Notes: generated by a model not told the origin, from the letters alone. Positions 44,326 to 56,508 are shown, numbered from the stretch's first letter. The stretch: DNA of 64,000 nt from Candidatus Magasanikbacteria bacterium RIFCSPHIGHO2_01_FULL_41_23 (GCA_001782805.1 MFPT01000008.1:13162-77161), one strand, 5' to 3'. Numbers and translations: made by a program.

Positions 44326-45396
44326 ATGAAATTGTTGGTAATTACTCAAAAAGTTGACAAAAATGATTCTAATTTGGGATTTTTTCACGCTTGGCTGGAA
44401 AAAATCGCTCAGCGCGTGGATTATTTGTATGTCATCTGTTTAGAAAAAGGAGAGTATTCTTTGCCTGAAAATGTTACGGTCTTGTCGCTTGGTAAAGAAG
44501 AAAATCGATCGCGGCTAAAATATCTTTGGCGTTTTTATTTTTATATTTTTAAATATGAGAAAGAATACGATGGAGTTTTGGTACACATGAATCCGGAATA
44601 TATTGTTTTGGGAGGATGGTTGTGGCGGCTTTGGCAGAAGAAAGTTTTATTATGGTACACGCATAAATCAGTGGATTTGAAATTAAAAATTGCGGAAAAA
44701 TTGGTCACAAAAATTTTTACCGCATCAAAAGAAAGTTTTCGTTTAAAGAGCAATAAAGTTGAAATTGTTGGGCATGGGATTAATGTCGCAGAATTTTGGT
44801 CATCAACAAGCTCAGGACGAGCATATTATGACCAGAACTTGGTACTGAAATTAATTACCGTGGGCAGAATCGCTCCAGCAAAGGATTTGGAAACTATTAT
44901 TAAAGCCGTTGTTTATTTAATTGAAAAAAAATCAGGATTGTCTGTTTCGCTCGATATTATTGGCGAAGCGATTTTGCCGCAGGATATTGTGTATCAAGAA
45001 AATTTAAAAAATAAATACGCGCAATTTTCCCAGACGATTAAATTTTTAGGCAAAAGAAATCATCAAGAGATGCCAAAGGAATATCAAAGTCATCAACTTT
45101 TCGTACATTCAAGCAAAACGGGGAGTGTTGATAAAGTTGTGCTGGAAGCTTTGGCCTCAGGCTGCCCAGTGGTGACATCAGGTGAAGCTTATGCCGACGC
45201 TGTGCAACAAGGAGTCGTCTTTGTTTTTCCTATTGGAGATTATAAAAAATTAGCTGAAGCTATTGAAAAAACCCAGAGTTCTGGCATACTTAACTCGGAT
45301 AAATTGCCAAATGTGTCTGCGATTGAATATGTGCGGAAAAATCATAATCTGGATTTATTAATAAATAGAATTCAAGGTTATTTTAGCCAAAAATAA
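44326..45396 (+). CDS. Glycosyltransferase family 4
   Basis: [22 protein letters not shown]. Confidence 0.9.
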   Translation: MKLLVITQKVDKNDSNLGFFHAWLEKIAQRVDYLYVICLEKGEYSLPENVTVLSLGKEENRSRLKYLWRFYFYIFKYEKEYDGVLVHMNPEYIVLGGWLWRLWQKKVLLWYTHKSVDLKLKIAEKLVTKIFTASKESFRLKSNKVEIVGHGINVAEFWSSTSSGRAYYDQNLVLKLITVGRIAPAKDLETIIKAVVYLIEKKSGLSVSLDIIGEAILPQDIVYQENLKNKYAQFSQTIKFLGKRNHQEMPKEYQSHQLFVHSSKTGSVDKVVLEALASGCPVVTSGEAYADAVQQGVVFVFPIGDYKKLAEAIEKTQSSGILNSDKLPNVSAIEYVRKNHNLDLLINRIQGYFSQK

Positions 45397-45397
45397 T

Positions 45398-46093
45398 ATG
45401 AAATTGTCGATTGTGGTGCCAGTGTATAATGAAGCCAAGACAATTATTTCACTTTTGGCCGCGGTTGAGGCGGTGGCTTTGCCTAACCTAGAGAAAGAAA
45501 TAATTATTGTCGATGATGGTTCAACTGACGGCACGTGTGATATTTTAAAAGGATTGTCCGGATCATTATATACAATTCATTTTCAGGGAAAAAATCAAGG
45601 TAAGGGAGCGGCGCTGCGTCAGGGTTTTTCTTTGGCTACTGGCGATTTTATTATTATTCAAGACGCGGATTTGGAATATGATCCAGAAGAGTATCCGTTG
45701 TTATTGGGGCCTCTCCAAAGTGGAAAAGCCGATGTAGTATTTGGTTCTCGTTTTATCGGGGATCGGCCGCATCGAGTTTTATTTTTTTGGCATTCAGTGG
45801 GAAATAAATTGTTGACAATTTTTTCTAATATGCTGACTGACTTGAATTTGACTGATATGGAAACGTGTTACAAAGCGTTTACGCGTGAAGCTTTGCAGAA
45901 AATTTTGCCACAATTAACCGCCAATCGATTTAATATTGAACCGGAAATTACCGCGCGCGTGGCTAAAGCCAACTTAAGGATTTATGAAGTTGGAGTTTCA
46001 TATTATGGTCGTACTTATGAAGAGGGTAAAAAAATTGGCATAAAAGATGGTTTTTGTGCGCTTTGGGCGATTATCAAATTTAACCTCCTTTAG
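45398..46093 (+). CDS. Glycosyltransferase family 2 (polyprenol-phosphate sugar synthase-like)
   Basis: [29 protein letters not shown]. Confidence 0.93.
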   Translation: MKLSIVVPVYNEAKTIISLLAAVEAVALPNLEKEIIIVDDGSTDGTCDILKGLSGSLYTIHFQGKNQGKGAALRQGFSLATGDFIIIQDADLEYDPEEYPLLLGPLQSGKADVVFGSRFIGDRPHRVLFFWHSVGNKLLTIFSNMLTDLNLTDMETCYKAFTREALQKILPQLTANRFNIEPEITARVAKANLRIYEVGVSYYGRTYEEGKKIGIKDGFCALWAIIKFNLL

Positions 46094-46095
46094 TT

Positions 46096-47328
46096 ATGGA
46101 AAATAAAGGCAAAATTTTAATTGTTACGCCACGTTTCCCCATACCGACCGCCGGTGCTTGTGAGCAAGACCGGTTGGAAGGGATCAAACAGCTTAAGCGT
46201 CTCGGATATGATATCAGAGTGATAGGAAAAATTTTTGATTTCCAAGACAAAAGTAAAATTGAATCTTTTTCAAAAGAGTTTGGTATCCACGTGGAAACGG
46301 TGCCATATATCTATACAAGGAAAAGAGATCATTTGGAAAAAATACGTTATTATATAAAACGATTTTTGTGGCCACCGTATTGGGACGGCGCGGCCGCTGA
46401 GTTTACTGAGCCGAACATCCGGCGCGTTGTTAGGGAATCTCTGCAAACATTTAAGCCCGATGTTGTTTGGTTTGACTATACCTATCTGTGGCCTTTGTAT
46501 AAGGAAATTAAACAGAAAAATATTCCTATTATTACTCGTTCAATTAATTTTGAACCTCGACATTTTCTTGAAGAAGATGGCCTATCGTTGATCAATCTTA
46601 TTCGTTGCCTCCCCAAGTTTATAAGTGAAATATTGGTAGCCAGGAGGAGTGACTGCATAGTTGCTCTTAATCCCAATGAAGCGAAAATATATGCAGCACT
46701 TGGTGCGAAACAAGTTTTTGTCCTTCCTTTACGAAAATTACCAGCTCTCATCGGAAAAAATACTGATATAAAAGACAATCACCCGTTACATGTTTTATAT
46801 ATGAGTTCTTCTTATACGGTTGCTCATAATCAGAGAGCGCTTCGCCTTCTCTTGAATAAAATAATTCCAATAATTCATCAAAAATATCCTAATCAATTCG
46901 TATTTCATTTTTCTGGATCAAAACTCCCGCCCAGCTTGTTTACTTTTATTGATGGCAAGACAGTAAAATATGAAGGTTATATTCCCATTGACCAGATGGA
47001 GTCTTTTTTGGCGAGGATTGATATTGTGGTAAGCCCATCTTCAAAAAAAGTAGGAATGCAACAGAAAGTCTTTGAGCCTCTAGTGCGGGGAATACCTCTT
47101 GTTACCTCTCCTTGCAATATTGTCGGTTATCCTTTTTATCACGAAGAGTCTGTCCTACTCGCTGTCACTCCGGATCAGTATGTGGATGCTTTACAAAAAC
47201 TTCGAGATTATGATCTTCGTAAAAAATTATCAAAAAATGCGGTGGATATAGCCACTACTTTATTTTCCAGGGAAATAGTAGATTCAACCGGTCAGTCAAT
47301 TATTGACAGTACTAAGAAATTAGACTAA
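46096..47328 (+). CDS. Glycosyltransferase family 4-like
   Basis: GT-B layout; GMQQKVFEPL..G.P. Confidence 0.75.
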   Translation: MENKGKILIVTPRFPIPTAGACEQDRLEGIKQLKRLGYDIRVIGKIFDFQDKSKIESFSKEFGIHVETVPYIYTRKRDHLEKIRYYIKRFLWPPYWDGAAAEFTEPNIRRVVRESLQTFKPDVVWFDYTYLWPLYKEIKQKNIPIITRSINFEPRHFLEEDGLSLINLIRCLPKFISEILVARRSDCIVALNPNEAKIYAALGAKQVFVLPLRKLPALIGKNTDIKDNHPLHVLYMSSSYTVAHNQRALRLLLNKIIPIIHQKYPNQFVFHFSGSKLPPSLFTFIDGKTVKYEGYIPIDQMESFLARIDIVVSPSSKKVGMQQKVFEPLVRGIPLVTSPCNIVGYPFYHEESVLLAVTPDQYVDALQKLRDYDLRKKLSKNAVDIATTLFSREIVDSTGQSIIDSTKKLD

Positions 47329-47369
47329 GATAATCTTTATTAAGTAGTAAATAGAATGATAAAATAAGT

Positions 47370-48653
47370 ATGAAAAAAATACAGGCTAGCACAAAAGAAA
47401 GAAAAACGTGTAGAATCTCAGGAGAAAAATTGATTCCACTTTTCTCTTTGGGTGAATTATTTGTTTCTGATTTTATTGCAGATGGTGTCTCGCCTCAACA
47501 AAAAAAAGTAGAATTACAATTTTGTCTTGCACCAAAATCAGGATTAGTTCAACTCGCACACTCAGCACCCGTTGATGATATGTATAGAAATTATTGGTAC
47601 CGATCAGGGACTAATACTGCCATGAAGGGTGAATTACGACAAATTGCTGAATCAGCACAGGCACTTGTCCGACATGAGAGAGGTGATTTGTTTGTTGATA
47701 TTGGGTGTAATGACGGCACCCTTTTAAGTTTTGTAGACACGACCATGGTTCGAGTGGGGTTTGATCCAGCAAAAAATAACTTTAAAGAGGCATCTAAAAA
47801 ATATGCAAATTTAATTATCAATGATTATTTTACGGCAGCATCTTTTTTAAAATCACGTTTCAAGAATAAAAAGGCAAAAATCATTACATCAATTGCCATG
47901 TTCTATGACTTGGAAGATCCGCACGCCTTTGTAGAAGATGTAAAATCTATCCTTGATACAGAAGGGTTATGGGTCATTCAGATGAGCTATCTTCCTCTCA
48001 TGTTACAGCAGTTAGCTTTTGATAATATTTGCCATGAACATTTAGAATATTATAGTCTTTCTTCATTGAAATTTTTGTTAGACAAACACGGTTTGGTGAT
48101 AGTAGATTGTCAATTAAATGATATAAACGGAGGGAGCTTTCGAATCTATATTAGAAAACAGGAGGCGAACCCGATCACTTTCGCAAATGCTCCGTGGAGA
48201 GATGTGGCTCGGTATCGAGTAGCCAGCATCCTTTCTCACGAAGAAAAATTAAAGCTAAAAGATGTCCAGACTTATAAAGAGTTCTATTTTCAAATAGAAC
48301 TTTTAAAGAAAAAGACTGTTTCCTTCATTAAGAAAGAAAAAGCCAAGGGGAAGAAAATCTGGGCATACGGAGCCTCTACAAAAGGTAATACTTTGCTGCA
48401 ATGGTTTGGACTTGATCATACTCTGATAGATGGTGTGGCCGAAAGACAGTCTACGAAATATGGGCTAAAGACTATTGGTACAAATATTCCCATTTATTCT
48501 GAATCAGTCATGCGCGACGCCAAGCCTGATTATGCTCTGGTCTTGCCATGGCACTTTATAGAAGAATTTCAAAGACGAGAACAGGATTTTTTAAAAAGCG
48601 GAGGAAAATTCATCGTGCCATGTCCTCAATTTGAGATTTTATCCTACTCATAA
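47370..48653 (+). CDS. NDP-hexose C-methyltransferase-like SAM methyltransferase
   Basis: [39 protein letters not shown]. Confidence 0.88.
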   Translation: MKKIQASTKERKTCRISGEKLIPLFSLGELFVSDFIADGVSPQQKKVELQFCLAPKSGLVQLAHSAPVDDMYRNYWYRSGTNTAMKGELRQIAESAQALVRHERGDLFVDIGCNDGTLLSFVDTTMVRVGFDPAKNNFKEASKKYANLIINDYFTAASFLKSRFKNKKAKIITSIAMFYDLEDPHAFVEDVKSILDTEGLWVIQMSYLPLMLQQLAFDNICHEHLEYYSLSSLKFLLDKHGLVIVDCQLNDINGGSFRIYIRKQEANPITFANAPWRDVARYRVASILSHEEKLKLKDVQTYKEFYFQIELLKKKTVSFIKKEKAKGKKIWAYGASTKGNTLLQWFGLDHTLIDGVAERQSTKYGLKTIGTNIPIYSESVMRDAKPDYALVLPWHFIEEFQRREQDFLKSGGKFIVPCPQFEILSYS

Positions 48654-48666
48654 TGAAGCTGTTCGT

Positions 48667-49656
48667 ATGAATAATAGTAAGAAAGCTTTAATTACTGGTA
48701 TTTCTGGACAAGACGGTAGCTATCTTGCTGAATTATTATTGTCCAAAGGATATGAGGTGCATGGTATTGTCCGTCGATCAAGTAGCGTGGTCAGGGAACG
48801 GCTGGAACATTTGTATCCACAATATCAAAATAAACTTTTATTCCTCCATTATGGCGATATGATGGATGGTAGTAGTCTTGCTCGTTTGCTTTACACTATT
48901 CAGCCGGATGAAATTTATAATCTAGCTGCCCAAAGCCACGTTAAAATTAGTTTTGATATTCCCGAGTATACTGCCGATGTTGGTGCTATCGGAGTTGTTC
49001 GTCTGTTGGAGTCAATACGTGATACCGGTATTAAGACTAAATTCTATCAAGCCTCTAGTAGTGAAATGTTTGGAAAAATTTTAGAAACACCACAAAAAGA
49101 AACCACACCATTTTATCCGCGCAGTCCCTATGCTTGCGCCAAAGCTTTTGCACATTACATTGCGGTTAATTACCGCGAGAGCTATGGTTTATTCACTTGT
49201 GGTGGCATTTTGTTTAATCATGAATCGCCACGCCGCGGAGAGAATTTTGTTACTCGTAAAATTACTCTTGGCGTAGCGAGTATATTGGCCGGTAAAGAGA
49301 AGAATATACACCTAGGCAATTTAGATGCCAAGCGTGATTGGGGGTATGCGCCTGATTATGTAGAGGCAATGTGGCGGATGTTGCAGTACCCTGAACCAGA
49401 TGATTATGTAATCGCGACCGAGGAAACACACTCAGTAAGAGAATTTGCTGAAGAAGCTTTCAAATTGGTAAATCTCGATTGGGAAAAGTATGTAATTGCA
49501 GACGAAAAATATTTTCGTCCTGCGGAAGTCGATTTATTGGTTGGTGATGCTACAAAAGCTCGCGAAAAATTGGGTTGGCGGCCGACTATCAAGTTTAAAC
49601 AACTCGTAAAAATAATGGTAGAGGCGGACTGCGAGACGCTTGGTATTAGTATTTAA
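48667..49656 (+). CDS. gmd: GDP-mannose 4,6-dehydratase
   Basis: [51 protein letters not shown]. Confidence 0.95.
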   Translation: MNNSKKALITGISGQDGSYLAELLLSKGYEVHGIVRRSSSVVRERLEHLYPQYQNKLLFLHYGDMMDGSSLARLLYTIQPDEIYNLAAQSHVKISFDIPEYTADVGAIGVVRLLESIRDTGIKTKFYQASSSEMFGKILETPQKETTPFYPRSPYACAKAFAHYIAVNYRESYGLFTCGGILFNHESPRRGENFVTRKITLGVASILAGKEKNIHLGNLDAKRDWGYAPDYVEAMWRMLQYPEPDDYVIATEETHSVREFAEEAFKLVNLDWEKYVIADEKYFRPAEVDLLVGDATKAREKLGWRPTIKFKQLVKIMVEADCETLGISI

Positions 49657-49674
49657 GAGTTAGCGCAAAATTAA

Positions 49675-50658
49675 ATGTCAAAAAAGACGGCTTTTATAAC
49701 TGGAATTACCGGTCAAGACGGCGCGTATCTGGCGCAGTTTTTGTTAGAAAAAAAATATCAGGTAATCGGCTTAACTCATTCCTCGGAACGTCAAAGAATG
49801 TGGCGCTTGGATTATCTGGGTATACACGATCGAATAAAAATAATTTCAGGAAGTCTTCTTAATAACAAGTTCATAAAAAAAATACTGAGCGAGTACCAAC
49901 CACGGGAAATATACAATTTGGCGGGCGAATCAAATGTCGCAAAGTCTTGGGAACATCCGCAGGATACCTTCTTAATTAATAGTTTTGTCGTGGCTCAGTT
50001 GTTGGAGAATATTCGAGTGTACGCCCCTACCACCCGACTATTTCAAGCTTCCAGTGCCGAAATTTATGGCAACTCGTTACAACCAGCTACTGAAGAAATC
50101 AATTCTTTTTCGCCTTTGAATCCCTATGCTACTTCAAAATTGGCGGCACATTTTTTGATAAGAAATTACCGCGAACAATATAATTTATTTTTAAGCAACG
50201 GGGTGTTATTTACACATACTTCGCCGCTGCAAATAGATTCCGCCTTCGTTAAAAATATCGTCCGCGGTGTAGCTAAAATTTTTTTGGGTCAGACGGATTG
50301 TATTATTATTGGAGATATTCGTATGCAAAGAGATTTTTCTTTTGCCGGCGATGTAGTTGGTGCGATGTGGCTGATACTGCAACAAAAACAGCCACGAGAT
50401 TTTATTATTTCTTCCGGCATTACTCGAACTGTAGAAGAGTTTGTTGAATTAGCTTTTGAGTGTGTTGGTATTAAAAAATGGCGTCGGTATATTAGAAAAA
50501 ATCCGGAGTTAATTGGAAAACGAAGTTTACGAAAAATGTCAGGCTCTAACGAGGCTTTAAAAAAAATTGGCTGGAAGCCAAAGGTCAGCCTAGACCAGTT
50601 AGTAAACATGATGATGGATTTTGAGTTAAAAAATACCAAAAAAGATTTTATTTTATGA
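49675..50658 (+). CDS. Divergent Gmd paralog (possibly an Rmd-like GDP-4-keto-6-deoxymannose reductase)
   Basis: TGITGQDGAYL, QASSAEIYG, PYATSK; NHES replaced by THTS. Confidence 0.7.
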   Translation: MSKKTAFITGITGQDGAYLAQFLLEKKYQVIGLTHSSERQRMWRLDYLGIHDRIKIISGSLLNNKFIKKILSEYQPREIYNLAGESNVAKSWEHPQDTFLINSFVVAQLLENIRVYAPTTRLFQASSAEIYGNSLQPATEEINSFSPLNPYATSKLAAHFLIRNYREQYNLFLSNGVLFTHTSPLQIDSAFVKNIVRGVAKIFLGQTDCIIIGDIRMQRDFSFAGDVVGAMWLILQQKQPRDFIISSGITRTVEEFVELAFECVGIKKWRRYIRKNPELIGKRSLRKMSGSNEALKKIGWKPKVSLDQLVNMMMDFELKNTKKDFIL

Positions 50659-52949
50659 ATGAAAAAATATTTATTTCCATTGCCACTTATAATGAAAAGG
50701 AAAATATAGAAAAACTAATTCGAAGAATTTTTGATCTAAAGATTAATAATTTGTCAGTGATAGTAGTGGACGACAATTCACCTGATGGCACTAGTGCAGT
50801 GGTGAAAAAAATGCAAAATCAATTTCCTTCTATTTTTTTGATTGAACGTTCAGACAAGTTGGGTTACGGAGCTGCTCACAAGGTCGCTTTTGTTAAGGCT
50901 CTAGAAAGTGGGGCAGAAATAATTATTTCAATGGATGCGGATTTCTCTCATGATCCAAATGAAATACCGAATTTAATTACTCAAATTGAAAAAGGCTATG
51001 ATGTTGTTGTAGGTTCACGTAAAGTAAATGGTGGAAAAATTGTCGGCTGGGGTTTATGGAGAAAATTTTGTAGCATCGGAGCTACTGTGGTTGCCAGATT
51101 GGTACTGGGTATTAGGACTCGTGATTTGACAACCGGCTTTAGAGCGTACAAAAGAAAGGTATTTGAAATTATCAGTATCGATGAAATCACGAGCACAGGG
51201 TATTCTTTTTTGGAAGAATCCATTTACCTGATAGAAAAATACGATTTTAATGTCAAAGAAATTCCCGTAGTGTTTTTAAACAGGGAGTACGGAAAATCCA
51301 AATTAACGTGGCAGGAAATCATTTATTTTTTTAAAACCATTTTTGAATTAAGAATTAATTCATGGAATAAATTTTTTTTGAATAAACAAAATATTCCTTT
51401 AATTTTATTGAGCGTTTCTTTTTTTATTGGTATATGGCATGCTCTGCCGATGTTAGATGTCGTAGGAGACGAAATGTATTATGTCGGGGGTGTTTTAAGA
51501 GCGATGGAAAACTTTACTTTGATACCCGCGTTCGGAGAAGTGCCCTATGGCACTATAACTTATTTACTGAATTATGTTTTAATTGGCGGATTTGTCTTGA
51601 TACTTTTTTTCTTTTTCGAATTTAATATATACAATTTAAAACTTTTTTTAATACAATCGCCTGGGATAATGTATTTGATACCAAGACTGTTAAGCGCATT
51701 TTTAGCAATGGTTTATTTGGGTTTATTCAACAAAGTCTTAAAAAGAGAAATAAAGGATTATAAAAGTCGGATGTTTATTCTAGTTTTAACATTTACTAAC
51801 ATGCTGATTGTTTCCGTACTTCATACGGGAAAAATGTGGATTTTGAGCACACTCTTAGTTTTGATTTCTTTTTATTACCTTTTTCAAACTTTAGATAGCG
51901 AAATAAATTTGGATAAGAGTAAAAAAAATGGGTACATTTTTTTGAGCATTTTATTTGGTTTTTTGGCTACTGCAAACTTTATTTTTTTTGGTTTTGCCCT
52001 TATAAATATTCCATTACTTTTGATATTTTTTAGACGTGATAAAGAAAAACAAATAAAGATATTGAAATACACGTTTATTTCTTTGTTAGTTTTTGCAGTC
52101 ATTCTTTGTCTGAATTTTGCCAACACCAAGGAATTGATTATGGGGCTGTGGATTGAACGTAATCAGACAGCAGTAGGGCAGAATTTGACTATTATGAGTT
52201 CTTTTTGGCTTTATTTTAAGAAAATTTTAGTTTTTTTCCCATTGCATATTTTGGCTATTGCTTTGACCTTGAAAGAAAATATTAAAAATAAAAAACTCTT
52301 TGTAATCTCAGTTATTTATTTTTTTACTTATTTTATTTTAGTTTCCGTAATTGGTACACGGTCATTCACCGTTTACGCCTATTATCGCTATGTGTTTCCA
52401 CTCGGATTTTTTTTATCCCTGATTTTAATCAGTTTAAATTTTAAATTTAGAAAATATTTTTATATAATCAGTGCGATTTCCATATTTTATTTTATTTTTA
52501 TTCTTTATTTTATTTCCGTTCCTACTACCTATAACAAAGCTCATAATTGGGTTATAAATAATTTGAATCAGGGAAATGTGGTAGTATTAAATGGAATTCG
52601 TCTTTTGGAATTGCCTAAAAATAAGGAATCTTATATGTCGTACCAGAAAGAAGCGTGTGCCACTAAGTGTCGTAATACCATAGATAATAATCTGAATGCA
52701 AGTATAAAATTTTTTACCAAAGATTGGCATAGTGAACCTAGTACGGTACCCGTGGCTGGTAGCGAGGTATATTATATTGAATACGACCAAAATCCGAAAG
52801 TCGGACAGGAACAAGTGGCTGAATTTTCAAACAAGGCGAATAACGCATTTGACCTTGAGACACATGTGGCAAATTATTTTGATCTTGATTTTTTTCATAT
52901 CAAAAATTTTGGATCAGATATTTTTATTTACAAAGATAAAATTAAATGA
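50655..52949 (+). CDS. DPM1-like polyprenol-phosphate glycosyltransferase fused to a GT-C-like polytopic domain
   Basis: TYNEKENI, DDNSPDGT, MDADFSHDP, DLTTGFR; then about 11 TM segments with a luminal DE motif. Confidence 0.85.
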   Translation: MNEKIFISIATYNEKENIEKLIRRIFDLKINNLSVIVVDDNSPDGTSAVVKKMQNQFPSIFLIERSDKLGYGAAHKVAFVKALESGAEIIISMDADFSHDPNEIPNLITQIEKGYDVVVGSRKVNGGKIVGWGLWRKFCSIGATVVARLVLGIRTRDLTTGFRAYKRKVFEIISIDEITSTGYSFLEESIYLIEKYDFNVKEIPVVFLNREYGKSKLTWQEIIYFFKTIFELRINSWNKFFLNKQNIPLILLSVSFFIGIWHALPMLDVVGDEMYYVGGVLRAMENFTLIPAFGEVPYGTITYLLNYVLIGGFVLILFFFFEFNIYNLKLFLIQSPGIMYLIPRLLSAFLAMVYLGLFNKVLKREIKDYKSRMFILVLTFTNMLIVSVLHTGKMWILSTLLVLISFYYLFQTLDSEINLDKSKKNGYIFLSILFGFLATANFIFFGFALINIPLLLIFFRRDKEKQIKILKYTFISLLVFAVILCLNFANTKELIMGLWIERNQTAVGQNLTIMSSFWLYFKKILVFFPLHILAIALTLKENIKNKKLFVISVIYFFTYFILVSVIGTRSFTVYAYYRYVFPLGFFLSLILISLNFKFRKYFYIISAISIFYFIFILYFISVPTTYNKAHNWVINNLNQGNVVVLNGIRLLELPKNKESYMSYQKEACATKCRNTIDNNLNASIKFFTKDWHSEPSTVPVAGSEVYYIEYDQNPKVGQEQVAEFSNKANNAFDLETHVANYFDLDFFHIKNFGSDIFIYKDKIK

Positions 52950-52983
52950 ATTTGAACCCAAGCGGTCAGAAAGATGATTAAGT

Positions 52984-54333
52984 ATGAACTGGAGTATTTT
53001 GAAAAAAATTAAAGATAAAAAATCATATTCAATTATTATTTTCTTGGTAATTTTTTGTGTTACGTTGGGTTACTCGTTCTATCACAGAATCGAGCCTGTA
53101 GTAGACGCCAAAGCGTACGATAAAATAGCAGTCAATCTGGTCAATGGGTTTGGTTTTAGGGAAGATCGTACACAGAACTATCAGTTTGATACGGCAATTA
53201 TTAGGGCTGGTCCGGGCTATGAATTTTTTTTGGCGACTATTTACAACGTGTTTGGCTATCATTATGAAGCAGTCTGGATTATTCAGGCTATTCTTCATGT
53301 ACTTTCCGCTCTTTTGTTATTTTTTATCAGTCGTAAATTATTTGTGGAAAAAGGTGAGCAGATTGGTTTAATTGCCGCCGGTCTCTTTGGCTTTCATCCT
53401 GATCTGATTGAGATTTCTGCCATGCTTATGACAGAGACGCTCTATCTGTTTTTTATTATTCTCGTGGCATGGTTTTTGGTAGATAGCTACCAAGCTTTGC
53501 GACGAACGTTTTGGCACAGCATAGTATTTGGTTTGGTGACCGGCTTTGCCATCCTCACTCGTCCGACCGTTATCTTGTTTATTGTAGTCATTGGAGCTTT
53601 CTGTCTGTATCAAAAAAAATACCGTATTTTATTTTTATTTGGTCTGGGATTGGTGGCAACGCTCACGCCCTGGGTTATACACAATTATCTTATTTTTCAT
53701 CAATTTATCTTGACCACCCTTATTGGGAGCTATAATCTGTGGGTAGGGAATACGCTTTTGGCGAATGGTGGACAAATTGCCGGCGGTTTTAACCCTCTCA
53801 CTACCTATACTGCCGTGCACGGATTTTTTAATTTAAAAGAGCAGGCGAATCAGGAGTTTCTGACCTTTGTTTTTACCTATCCGTTCGTTTTTTTGAAACT
53901 GGTCGCGCTTCGTTTTATCCGCTACTTTAGTCTAATCCGTCCGATGGGTTTTTGGTTTTACCAAACTGGTTTTAGCCAAGCTCTTTTTGTGGCATCTTCG
54001 GCTTTTGCTCAAGCACTACTTTTCGTCTGTGGTTTTTCTGGTATGCTGGTGGCATGGCGAACCAGGCAACTACTATGGCGGTATCTTGTTATTCTGGCTT
54101 TAATGGCACCCATCCCACTTATCGCCACAGTTGTCGAATCACGTTATCGTTTTCAAATTTATCCTTTTTTAGCTTTGTTCGGTGGCTATGCAATAGTGCA
54201 GTGGGAACAAAAACTAAGCTGGTTTAAACAGAGGTATTTTATGATCCCATTTTTGTTTTTTGTAATAGTGAGTATTATCGATTTATTTTTGTTTAGCGAT
54301 GTGGTATTAGAACACTTAAATCGCCTATTTTAA
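52984..54333 (+). CDS. GT-C fold (ArnT/PMT-like) glycosyltransferase
   Basis: DAKAY..IA.NL..G.G, TETL, LTRP, RYR; many TM segments. Confidence 0.8.
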   Translation: MNWSILKKIKDKKSYSIIIFLVIFCVTLGYSFYHRIEPVVDAKAYDKIAVNLVNGFGFREDRTQNYQFDTAIIRAGPGYEFFLATIYNVFGYHYEAVWIIQAILHVLSALLLFFISRKLFVEKGEQIGLIAAGLFGFHPDLIEISAMLMTETLYLFFIILVAWFLVDSYQALRRTFWHSIVFGLVTGFAILTRPTVILFIVVIGAFCLYQKKYRILFLFGLGLVATLTPWVIHNYLIFHQFILTTLIGSYNLWVGNTLLANGGQIAGGFNPLTTYTAVHGFFNLKEQANQEFLTFVFTYPFVFLKLVALRFIRYFSLIRPMGFWFYQTGFSQALFVASSAFAQALLFVCGFSGMLVAWRTRQLLWRYLVILALMAPIPLIATVVESRYRFQIYPFLALFGGYAIVQWEQKLSWFKQRYFMIPFLFFVIVSIIDLFLFSDVVLEHLNRLF

Positions 54334-54336
54334 AGT

Positions 54337-55773
54337 ATGTTTTTTGTTTGGTTGGAACAATTTGTCGAAACACACTACAAAAAAATTTTATTATTTTTAG
54401 TGATACTATTTTTGGGCGTGGCCACTTGGCATGTGTCTGCGAGTCCGGCTACTTGGTTTGACGAGGGAATTAATTTGGGGATTGCCAAAAGTTGGTTGGT
54501 TAATGGTGTTTATAGTTTGCCTTTGGCGCCATATACTTTTGTGACTGATCGCGCTTTTTTGATTACGACTAATTATCCCGTATTGTTGCCCGTGGCTCTC
54601 TCCCTAAAATTATTTGGTTTTTCATTATTCAGCGCGCGTCTGCCAATGATTTTATTTTTATTTCTTTTTGTGTGCGCCATGTATGTATTGGCGCGTCGCC
54701 TGTATGGAAAAAATGCGGCTTTGGTGACCATGGCTTTGGTGATCTCTTTCGCGCCTTTTTATGGAGATGGTAAAGCTGTCTTGGGCGAAGTGCCCGGACT
54801 GGTTTATTTTTTGTTTGGGTTATTTTTGCTGCCAAAAGAATTGGATTCGCGACGTTTATTTTTATCTGGTTTGTTGTTGGGATTAAGCGCTGCTACTAAA
54901 CCATTTTTTTTGATTCTGGCTCCGGCCATTTTTGTGGGTGAGTGGTTTGCGTATTCAATTAAAACAAAAATGTTTTGGCAGAGGATCGGTAGTTTATCCC
55001 TGGGTGCAATTTTGCCTGTATTGATTTGGCTTAAGACAATTTTACCCAGTTTTTCTTGGAACGGAATTTTGACGGCCACGAAGTATTATTCCAATTCGTA
55101 TGCCGGTACTGATTTTTTTGTTTTAATGGCACATAACGTATGGCGTTTTTTTTCTGAAAGTACGCCGTTACATTTTTTGTTTTTACTAATTATCTTTTTA
55201 GGTGGTTTGTGGCAGGCCAAGAAACAGGGAAAAAAAATACATAAAATAGAAATTATAATTCTAACTTTTTGTTTGATTAATTTGGCTTGGTATTTGAAAA
55301 CTCCGGGTTGGTATCGATATTTTTTTACCGCGCACATTTTATTATTTTTATTTACGCCCGCTTTTTTGATCCGACTGATTCCACGCCGCGTGGCGATTGC
55401 GCTATTAGTCGGGTTGTTTATTTTTCAATCCATTCATTTGTTCACACGACGGAATGATTCGCTGTATAATGACGATACTGCCACTGTCTTTAGTCGGCAA
55501 GTTATGACCTTTACCAAGCCGAGCGATAAAATTTTAATTATCAACAGCCCGAGCGCGGCTTTTTTATTGAATGATCGTGAGATATATCAATATTTGCAAA
55601 TCAATCCCAAGCTTCATTTTGGTGACGCGGATTTTTTCAATCAGTATCAGTATATTATTTTGAGCGGGAGTACAGCGGATTTGGATATTCCGGATGTGGA
55701 TACTGATATTTTCAGTCGGTATACTCCTTTGTATGGATCGGGTCATTATATGTTGTACAAAAGACGTCTATGA
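54337..55773 (+). CDS. GT-C fold (ArnT/PMT-like) glycosyltransferase
   Basis: WFDEG, ARL, GE, TKP, RY; many TM segments. Confidence 0.8.
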   Translation: MFFVWLEQFVETHYKKILLFLVILFLGVATWHVSASPATWFDEGINLGIAKSWLVNGVYSLPLAPYTFVTDRAFLITTNYPVLLPVALSLKLFGFSLFSARLPMILFLFLFVCAMYVLARRLYGKNAALVTMALVISFAPFYGDGKAVLGEVPGLVYFLFGLFLLPKELDSRRLFLSGLLLGLSAATKPFFLILAPAIFVGEWFAYSIKTKMFWQRIGSLSLGAILPVLIWLKTILPSFSWNGILTATKYYSNSYAGTDFFVLMAHNVWRFFSESTPLHFLFLLIIFLGGLWQAKKQGKKIHKIEIIILTFCLINLAWYLKTPGWYRYFFTAHILLFLFTPAFLIRLIPRRVAIALLVGLFIFQSIHLFTRRNDSLYNDDTATVFSRQVMTFTKPSDKILIINSPSAAFLLNDREIYQYLQINPKLHFGDADFFNQYQYIILSGSTADLDIPDVDTDIFSRYTPLYGSGHYMLYKRRL

Positions 55774-56507
55774 ATATTTTTGAACTCTCGGTTGTGATTC
55801 CGGTTTTTAATGGCGCTGATTTTATTGGACAGTCGCTATCCGCATTGCGCGAGTGGCGTGATTCTCAAGCATCCAAAAGCGTTGAAATTATTATCGTGAA
55901 TGACGGCAGTACTGATGGCACGGCTAAAATTTTATCTTCTCAAATTCAAAATTTTGTTGGCTTGAAAATTATCAATCTGGATTCGAATGAAGGAAAGGGC
56001 GTGGCAATTCGAGCGGGGTTGCAAATGGCGACCGGTGAATATAGTGTGTATACTGACGCTGACTTGCCCTACGGAGTAAAAGTGCTGGGAAATATGTTGG
56101 AAGAAATGAAAAAATATCCGACATTGGATTTCCTGTATGGCTCGCGGACTCATTTTGAGTCAGGCGTGGAAAAGGAATATGGGCTCGTGCGAAAACTGGG
56201 ACGATTATTTTTTTCTGGCGTGGTGCGCGGCTTGGTTTTGTCTGATATCCCTGACACGCAATGCGGCATAAAAATGATGCGCCAGTCATTGGTGAAATTG
56301 GTTGTGGCAAGATCAGTAATCTCGCGTTTTGCTTTTGACATTGAAGTATTTGTTTTGGTCAAAGCGAGAAAATTGCCGATGAAAGATTTTCCCGTACTGC
56401 TCAATCATCGCAAAGAAAGTAGTGTGCGCATTATCAAGGATACGGCAGTGATGTTGATGGATATTTTTTTAATTAAAAAAAATCAGCGAAAAGGTGTATA
56501 TAATTAG
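55770..56507 (+). CDS. GT2, dolichyl-phosphate glucose synthase-like
   Basis: NDGSTD, GKG, DADL, DTQCGIK, FAFDIE. Confidence 0.9.
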   Translation: MNIFELSVVIPVFNGADFIGQSLSALREWRDSQASKSVEIIIVNDGSTDGTAKILSSQIQNFVGLKIINLDSNEGKGVAIRAGLQMATGEYSVYTDADLPYGVKVLGNMLEEMKKYPTLDFLYGSRTHFESGVEKEYGLVRKLGRLFFSGVVRGLVLSDIPDTQCGIKMMRQSLVKLVVARSVISRFAFDIEVFVLVKARKLPMKDFPVLLNHRKESSVRIIKDTAVMLMDIFLIKKNQRKGVYN

Positions 56508-56508
56508 T

